Below are positions 58,255 to 64,000 of a stretch of DNA of 64,000 nt, in pieces; the stretch's first letter is position 1; each line of letters begins with the position of its first letter. Origin of the DNA: an uncultured Verrucomicrobiae bacterium (GTDB lineage: Bacteria > Verrucomicrobiota > Verrucomicrobiia > Limisphaerales > Palsa-1400); contig OY969763.1 of assembly GCA_963702845.1 (NCBI GenBank), positions 4,384,001 through 4,448,000 on the forward strand, read 5' to 3'. A model generated the notes under the pieces. That model was not told the origin of the DNA. It ran no database searches and saw nothing but the letters and a program-made list of their open reading frames with translations. The position numbers were made by a program, and so were the translations under genes.

Positions 58255-60054
58255 TTACCGAACCTTTTCCAATAAGACACCCAACAGATCTTTTATGTTC
58301 ACGCGCGTCTGCGTCATGGTATCGCGGTCGCGTAGAGTTACTGTATCCTTCGCGTCCGGCGCATTTTCGCCGAGCGTTTCGAAATCAATCGTCACGCCGA
58401 ACGGCGTCCCAGCTTCGTCCTGGCGACGATAGCGGCGGCCGATCGCACCGGCTTCGTCGTAAAATACAGTCATGTAAGGACGGAGCAAGTCGCGGACTTC
58501 CAAGGCTTTTTTGACGAGCTCGGGACGGTTCTTGAGCAAGGGGAACACGGCGACTTTGATAGGCGCGATGCGTGGATGAAATTTCAGGACCACGCGCGTT
58601 TCCATTTTGCCTTTTTCGTCAGGCGCGAGTTCTTCGGCGTAGGCGTTGCAGATCAACGCGAGCGTCAGGCGGTCGACACCGGCTGAAGGCTCGATGACGT
58701 GCGGGATGTAATTGCCCTTGGGCAAACCGGCGGCGTCTTCTTTGGCGGTGCGTTCGGCTTGTTCGGGGTGAACGCCGGTCTTAGTTAAATATTTGTGGCG
58801 CGTTTCGTAATAGCGCTGGGTCAAATCAGCTTTTTTGGCTTCGTCGAGTTTTGCCCAGCCGGTTTTGAGGTCTTCGTCGAACACGCCCATGGATTTGCCG
58901 GAGAAACGTTGGTGTTGCGACAGATCGAAATCGCTGCGGGCGGCGACGCCTTCGAGTTCTTCGCCCATCAATTCGCCTTGCGCGTTCTTTTTGCTGAAGG
59001 GGAATTTGAACAGGATGTCCACCGTGGCGCGGGCGTAGTGAGCGAGTTCTTCGGGCTTTTGCCAATACTCGACCAAGGTCGTGCGCGGCAGGCCGATGTT
59101 TTCGTAAAAGCGAATGCGCTCTTCGACCCAATACTGATGCCACATTTGCCAGCCCCAGTTGGCCTGCGGTTCGCCGGGATGACCGGGACCGGTTGGTTTG
59201 GCGACTTCGCCGCAGATCGCTTCGACGGCTTCGTCGGGGCGAATGAAAAATTCGAGTTCCATCTGCTCGAACTCACGCGAGCGAAAGGTGAAATTACGCG
59301 GCGTGACTTCGTTACGAAAGGCTTTGCCGATTTGGCAAATGCCGAACGGAACTTTTTGGCGCGACGTCTCGAGAACGTTTTTAAACTGCGCGAAAATGGC
59401 CTGGGCAGTTTCGGGGCGCAGGTAAGCAACGTTGTCATCGCTTTCGACCGGCCCGACGAACGTTTTGAACATCAGATTGAACGGACGCGGATCGCTCAAA
59501 CGCGCACCGTTGTCAGGACAGTAGAGCGTCGAGTTTTCAACCTTCGTCGGTTCACCGGAATCGATCGGTTCAGCCCCAGGCAAACCGCGCAATTGATAAA
59601 ATTGTTTGGCGACTTTCAGCGCCGATTCCTTCGGTTTACCCGCCGGAACCATCACTTCAAACGCATCACTGCTGGTCTTGCCCGACGCATCTTTCGCACC
59701 AGAAAACTTGTAAACGATACCGCTCGACTCTTCGACCTGGTCGGCGCGGAAACGTTTTTTGGTCACGGGACATTCGACCATCAGATCGGCGAAGGTCTGG
59801 ACGTGGCCGGAGGCTTCCCAGATGCGCGGGGACATGATGATGGTGGCTTCGAGACCGGCGACGTCGTCGCGTTGCTGGGTCATGGTGCGCCACCATTGAT
59901 CTTTGACGTTGCGCTTGAGTTCGGCGCCGAGTGGGCCGTAATCCCAAAATCCATTGATGCCGCCGTAGATTTCGGATGATTGAAAGACAAAGCCGCGTCG
60001 CTTGCAAAGCGAGACGATGCGTTCCATTAAATCATTCGTTTTTGGGTCGGCCAT
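58255..60054 (-). CDS. glyQS: Glycine--tRNA ligase, homodimeric (alpha2) type
   Basis: KRRGF, DYGPLG, LRPETAQ, FRNE..FRSREFEQME, PHVIEPSAG, IGRRYRRQDEAGTP. Confidence 0.96.
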   Translation of the reverse strand: MADPKTNDLMERIVSLCKRRGFVFQSSEIYGGINGFWDYGPLGAELKRNVKDQWWRTMTQQRDDVAGLEATIIMSPRIWEASGHVQTFADLMVECPVTKKRFRADQVEESSGIVYKFSGAKDASGKTSSDAFEVMVPAGKPKESALKVAKQFYQLRGLPGAEPIDSGEPTKVENSTLYCPDNGARLSDPRPFNLMFKTFVGPVESDDNVAYLRPETAQAIFAQFKNVLETSRQKVPFGICQIGKAFRNEVTPRNFTFRSREFEQMELEFFIRPDEAVEAICGEVAKPTGPGHPGEPQANWGWQMWHQYWVEERIRFYENIGLPRTTLVEYWQKPEELAHYARATVDILFKFPFSKKNAQGELMGEELEGVAARSDFDLSQHQRFSGKSMGVFDEDLKTGWAKLDEAKKADLTQRYYETRHKYLTKTGVHPEQAERTAKEDAAGLPKGNYIPHVIEPSAGVDRLTLALICNAYAEELAPDEKGKMETRVVLKFHPRIAPIKVAVFPLLKNRPELVKKALEVRDLLRPYMTVFYDEAGAIGRRYRRQDEAGTPFGVTIDFETLGENAPDAKDTVTLRDRDTMTQTRVNIKDLLGVLLEKVR

Positions 60055-60242
60055 AGAGCTGAACAGCTTTCTGCAATAGGGTTGTTAAGTCAAGATTCGC
60101 GGCGGCAAGTCGCAGAGCCGGAAAGAATTCGCAGAAACGCTCGCACGGACTTCCACGGGTCTTCGTTCATTTTTTTGTATCACGGTAATCCTGGTTTGCG
60201 AAGAAAGTTGATTGCGCCACATTACCAGAGAGCGTCCGAACA

Positions 60243-60632
60243 ATGATTAAAACGAAGTCCATTTCCACCAAAGCTGAGGCGTCGGACGGCTTGCGCATTC
60301 TTGCCAGCCGGTTTCGCGGACATGGCGTCCCAGCAGCGGCGTACGATGTTTGGATGCCGAATCTCGGGCCGACGGAAGCGCTGCTGCGGGCTTACAAAGC
60401 GGGTGAGGTTGATTGGGCAGAATTTAGTCGGCGTTATCGCGATGAGATGTTTGCCGACGGCGCGATTGATCGTGAGAACCGCACGATTAAGAATCACGGG
60501 CAGAAGTTCACGTTGCGATTGCTCCAACGGCTCGCCAAAGAACAGACGATTACCTTTATGTGCCAGTGCGCGGAGGATGAGCTGCATTGTCATCGGCATA
60601 TGTTGGCGAAAATGCTCGCGCGGAAAATCTGA
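60243..60632 (+). CDS. DUF488 (YeaO-like) protein
   Basis: DGLRIL..R..GV, WMPNLGPT, W.EF..RY..E, HCHR. Confidence 0.8.
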   Translation: MIKTKSISTKAEASDGLRILASRFRGHGVPAAAYDVWMPNLGPTEALLRAYKAGEVDWAEFSRRYRDEMFADGAIDRENRTIKNHGQKFTLRLLQRLAKEQTITFMCQCAEDELHCHRHMLAKMLARKI

Positions 60633-60790
60633 ACGACCGTCTTGGCTGACGTCGTTTTTCGCACGTTGATGGCAAAAACGGCGTTTTCGTAAACCGCTCG
60701 TTTTGAGGCAATTACTTTAGATCGCCAACCGGGAATTTTCGCAAAACCGGCCTTGGCCCTACTCCTGCTAATCAATGAGCGAGAAATTTT

Positions 60791-62002
60791 ATGCCATCAT
60801 TCGCTTATGTAGCCCGGGATTCGACAAGCGGACGCGAGATTAACAGCGTCATCGATGCTTCGTCTGAATCGAATGCGGTCGCGACGTTGTTGAATCGCAA
60901 TCTACTGGTCGTTTCCATCCAGGAAAAGATCGGTAAAAAAGGTAAAAGTGCCGGTGGCAGCGTGCCATTGGCCGACCTTGTCATGTTCACGCGGCAGCTC
61001 GCGACTATGATCGACGCCGGTTTGGCGATGGTCCAGTCGTTGCAAGCGCTCGCCGAGCAGTCCACCAACAAAATGATGCGCGAAGTCATCAAGGACATCA
61101 CCAGCCGTGTGGAAAGCGGCGATAGTTTTTCTGATGCACTTTCAAAACATCCGAAAGTTTTCGATAAACTCTTTTATTGCATGGTCGGCGCTGGCGAAAA
61201 AGGCGGTTTGCTCGCAGAAATTTTGTCACGTCTCGCGACCTATCTTGAAAACACGGCGCGCCTGCGCAAAAAAGTGAAGTCGGCGATGATGTATCCGACG
61301 ATCGTGTCGATCATCGCGATCGGCATCACCGTCTTCCTGTTGGTGAAAGTCGTCCCGGTGTTCAGCGATATTTTCAGCAGCCTTGGCGGTAAGTTGCCGA
61401 CCCCGACGCAATACCTGATCAACGTCAGTAACGCGCTACAACACTACTTCATACTGTTCGCGCTCGGCGCCGGTGGAATTGTATTCGGTTGGCTTTATTT
61501 CATCAAAACGCCGACTGGTCGTGCGTTCTGGGATGCCAAACGGATTAAGCTGCCAATATTTGGGCAGATCGCGCACAAGATTTGTCTGGCGCGTTTTGCG
61601 CGGACCCTCGCGTCGCTGGTGCGTAGCGGTGTTCCGATTCTTGAAGTATTGCAGATCGTGCGCAACACGGTCGGAAACGTCGTCATGGAGAACGCCATTG
61701 CGACGGCCAGTGATGACATCGAACGTGGCGAAAGTATTTCTGATGCGCTCGCCAAACATCCGGTGTTCCCGACGATGATCATCCGCATGATTACGGCCGG
61801 TGAGCAAACTGGTAAGATCGATTCCATGCTCGAGCGCGTGGCGGACTTTTTGGATGAAGAAATCGAAACGACGCTTTCAGGTCTTACATCACTGATCGAG
61901 CCGTTGCTGATTGTTTTTCTCGGCGTGGTCGTCGGCGGCATCGTTGTTTGTATGTTCCTGCCGATCTTTAAGCTGAGCGATCTAGTTTCCGGAAAACACT
62001 AA
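60791..62002 (+). CDS. pilC: Type IV pilus / T2SS inner-membrane platform protein (PilC/GspF)
   Basis: FTRQLATMIDAG, GEKGG, KVKSAMMYP, GEQTG, LIEP, FLPIF. Confidence 0.92.
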   Translation: MPSFAYVARDSTSGREINSVIDASSESNAVATLLNRNLLVVSIQEKIGKKGKSAGGSVPLADLVMFTRQLATMIDAGLAMVQSLQALAEQSTNKMMREVIKDITSRVESGDSFSDALSKHPKVFDKLFYCMVGAGEKGGLLAEILSRLATYLENTARLRKKVKSAMMYPTIVSIIAIGITVFLLVKVVPVFSDIFSSLGGKLPTPTQYLINVSNALQHYFILFALGAGGIVFGWLYFIKTPTGRAFWDAKRIKLPIFGQIAHKICLARFARTLASLVRSGVPILEVLQIVRNTVGNVVMENAIATASDDIERGESISDALAKHPVFPTMIIRMITAGEQTGKIDSMLERVADFLDEEIETTLSGLTSLIEPLLIVFLGVVVGGIVVCMFLPIFKLSDLVSGKH

Positions 62003-62107
62003 CGGAATACTGAGGTAATGGGTGGGTAACTGGTGCGTCCCGGTCAAAAGCCGGGACGCATTTTGTTTGGGAAAGATGAATTATAAACCCGCTCGCAGAA
62101 TGGGCGA

Positions 62108-64000
62108 TTAATGTTTGAACCAAAGTTCCGCGATTTGTTTGCGTGTCGAATCGGTCGACGATTGATATTTGCGCAGCAGCACTTCGAGGCCGTCGAATAA
62201 ACGATTGGCGGCGTCGACGTAGGATTTGTCGGCAGCTTTCTGGGAGACTTCGGGCAACGGCTTGATTTTACCGGCGGCAACTTCGGTTTTGCGTTCGAAC
62301 ACAACGTCTATTGCGTCTCGGCAGAGAGCGGCGTGCGCGCGTTCGTAACGGTCATGAAAACCGGCCTGGTCCATGCGTTTGCAGAAATCGAGGATTCTGG
62401 TTTCGCGTCCGATCAAAGGATCCGCAGCGGTCCGAAATGGGTCCGAACCGGAACGGAGTGGCGGCAACGGACAACCTTCGTCATTCTTTCGATCGTTACC
62501 AAAAACGATTTCGACGTAGTTGACGTCGGACAACTTCGCATAGGGCAGATGAATACCATCGTGACTACGCTTGCTCCAGTTGCGGCCGTTGAGCAGCACG
62601 GCAGTCATCGGTCCGCTACCGCGCGTGCGCAGATAAAGACGTTTACTGCCGAAACGAATCGGGAAATTTTGCTGCAGTTTGGTGATGGTTGCCGGAATGT
62701 GAGGAATAAGAACCAATTCGTCGGCACGATATTCGTATTCGAATAAACCTCGGATCATGGCGGCGGCCGGGCCGAGGCTGTCGTAGCAGAGGTTGATCGG
62801 CAACGTTGGTTGATAGACGTCGGAGCCACATTTCGTCAGCGGGTTATCGAGACGGAAGTTGTCCGCGAAGGTGAGCAGTTGTTTTATGGAGCGACGTGCG
62901 TCATCGAATTTGCCGAGGCGGTAGTAGCCGAGAATCATGCGGGCTTCGCAAGTCGACCAATGGCCGCCGTTAACCCACGTTCCATACGCCCAGATGCTTT
63001 CCTGTTTTTCATACATGTCATCGTAGGTCGGGTAGTTGGGCAGGATGAATTGATGCGGGCGCAGTTCCGGGATGCTGGCGATTTTGTTGTAGATTTTCGC
63101 GCTCTGCGCATCGTCGACGACGTGGAAGGCAATCGCGTCCTGGTTCGGGGACGTTTCCAAATAACCATGCTCCTTCGCGCCAAACACGCCGTGTTTCACG
63201 CCGTCGGGATCGAGCGAGCGGATGAGGTAACCTTCGGGGGTAGTGAGTTGGCGGAGAGCTTTTTTTGCGGAGTCGCGGCGTTTCGTGTAGAGCTTGGTTT
63301 TGTCGGAATTGCCGCTGAGCTTTTCCAGTTCGACGATGCGGTCGAGCGCTGCGACGTAATTCACGGAGAGACCGGCTAAATACGCTTTGTCATAGGTGCC
63401 GTCGGGCTTTTTCCATCCTGCGTAACTGGGCGCGAGAAGGTTTCCAGCGGGGCCGGCCAGGAATAAGTCGTTGGTGCCGCGGCGCATTTCGATGAAGTTA
63501 ACGCTGCGTTCCAATTTTGGGAGATATTTGGCGATGGCATTTGTATTACGGCTGATCAGCAGCAACTCGGATTGCATGACCACGCCAGCGGCAGTGAATT
63601 CCATGGCCCAATCATGAATGTCGATTCGTCCGTCGCCTTGCCAATAAACGATCCGACCAGGCATGGCACAATCGCACAGGCAACCATCGGGTGCGATGAT
63701 GGGCCCATTGCGCTTGTCGCCGCTGCGCTTGCCATCGCCCATTTGGTCGAACCAAAGATCCTGCGCGTTTTGCAGAAATGTGAGATAAGGCTCGTGCAAA
63801 AATGGCAGCGCCGCGTAAGTCGTCCCGTAACTGTTTTGAATCCACCACGCGTCCCACGTCTTCCCCTTCCACGAAACCGTTCCAGTTCGTGGTGTAGAGC
63901 ATGGAAATGTTTTGATACTGCGGGTCGGGCGCAAACATCCGGCGGCTGATGTCGAGAAGGCGGAGGTATTCGACATCGCCGCGACCGCAGAAGTATTCGC
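62108..64000 (-). CDS. Putative (alpha/alpha)6 glycoside hydrolase-like protein; 5' end beyond window, frameshift near 63865
   Basis: Long ORF with WVNGGHW and helical pattern. The upstream frame EYFCGRGDVEYL..NWNGFVEG joins KTWDAWWIQNSYG if one G of a G4 run is removed. Confidence 0.6.
   Translation of the reverse strand, partial: ANTSAVAAMSNTSAFSTSAAGCLRPTRSIKTFPCSTPRTGTVSWKGKTWDAWWIQNSYGTTYAALPFLHEPYLTFLQNAQDLWFDQMGDGKRSGDKRNGPIIAPDGCLCDCAMPGRIVYWQGDGRIDIHDWAMEFTAAGVVMQSELLLISRNTNAIAKYLPKLERSVNFIEMRRGTNDLFLAGPAGNLLAPSYAGWKKPDGTYDKAYLAGLSVNYVAALDRIVELEKLSGNSDKTKLYTKRRDSAKKALRQLTTPEGYLIRSLDPDGVKHGVFGAKEHGYLETSPNQDAIAFHVVDDAQSAKIYNKIASIPELRPHQFILPNYPTYDDMYEKQESIWAYGTWVNGGHWSTCEARMILGYYRLGKFDDARRSIKQLLTFADNFRLDNPLTKCGSDVYQPTLPINLCYDSLGPAAAMIRGLFEYEYRADELVLIPHIPATITKLQQNFPIRFGSKRLYLRTRGSGPMTAVLLNGRNWSKRSHDGIHLPYAKLSDVNYVEIVFGNDRKNDEGCPLPPLRSGSDPFRTAADPLIGRETRILDFCKRMDQAGFHDRYERAHAALCRDAIDVVFERKTEVAAGKIKPLPEVSQKAADKSYVDAANRLFDGLEVLLRKYQSSTDSTRKQIAELWFKH

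Noticed and set aside
63860..63870. Programmed ribosomal frameshift in the glycoside-hydrolase-like gene
   Set aside because: The shift lies in a short G homopolymer with no stimulatory signal. A sequencing indel is more likely.

Overview
A gene-dense bacterial chromosome segment. Gene content and intergenic repeat style suggest Verrucomicrobiota (Pedosphaera-like); this is inference only. Housekeeping and envelope genes include purU, mtnP, an RlmI-like methyltransferase, accD, amn, lpxI, an MlaEFD/MCE operon, ffh, Ku, nrdJ, leuD, tRNA-Gly(GCC), glyQS and pilC. The window also has a KaiC-like ATPase/kinase/regulator cluster, glycosylation genes, secreted enzymes and a small accessory islet at about 49.2-55.5 kb (PD-(D/E)xK nuclease, HEPN protein, several repeat families). 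Two non-coding signals stand out. (1) An intact IS110 element (12200-13396) inserted at a CT core inside a REP-like palindrome. Its left non-coding end contains a readable bridge RNA whose four guide segments match its own target and donor junction. (2) A dispersed family of intergenic elements with the order sigma70 promoter with conserved spacer, hairpin, TCGG..CCGA hairpin, boxA, then usually a 10-11 bp phased short-motif array. There are four clear copies and two diverged ones, several firing into regions with no gene to transcribe. Three single-base frameshifts in otherwise intact genes may be sequencing or assembly errors.
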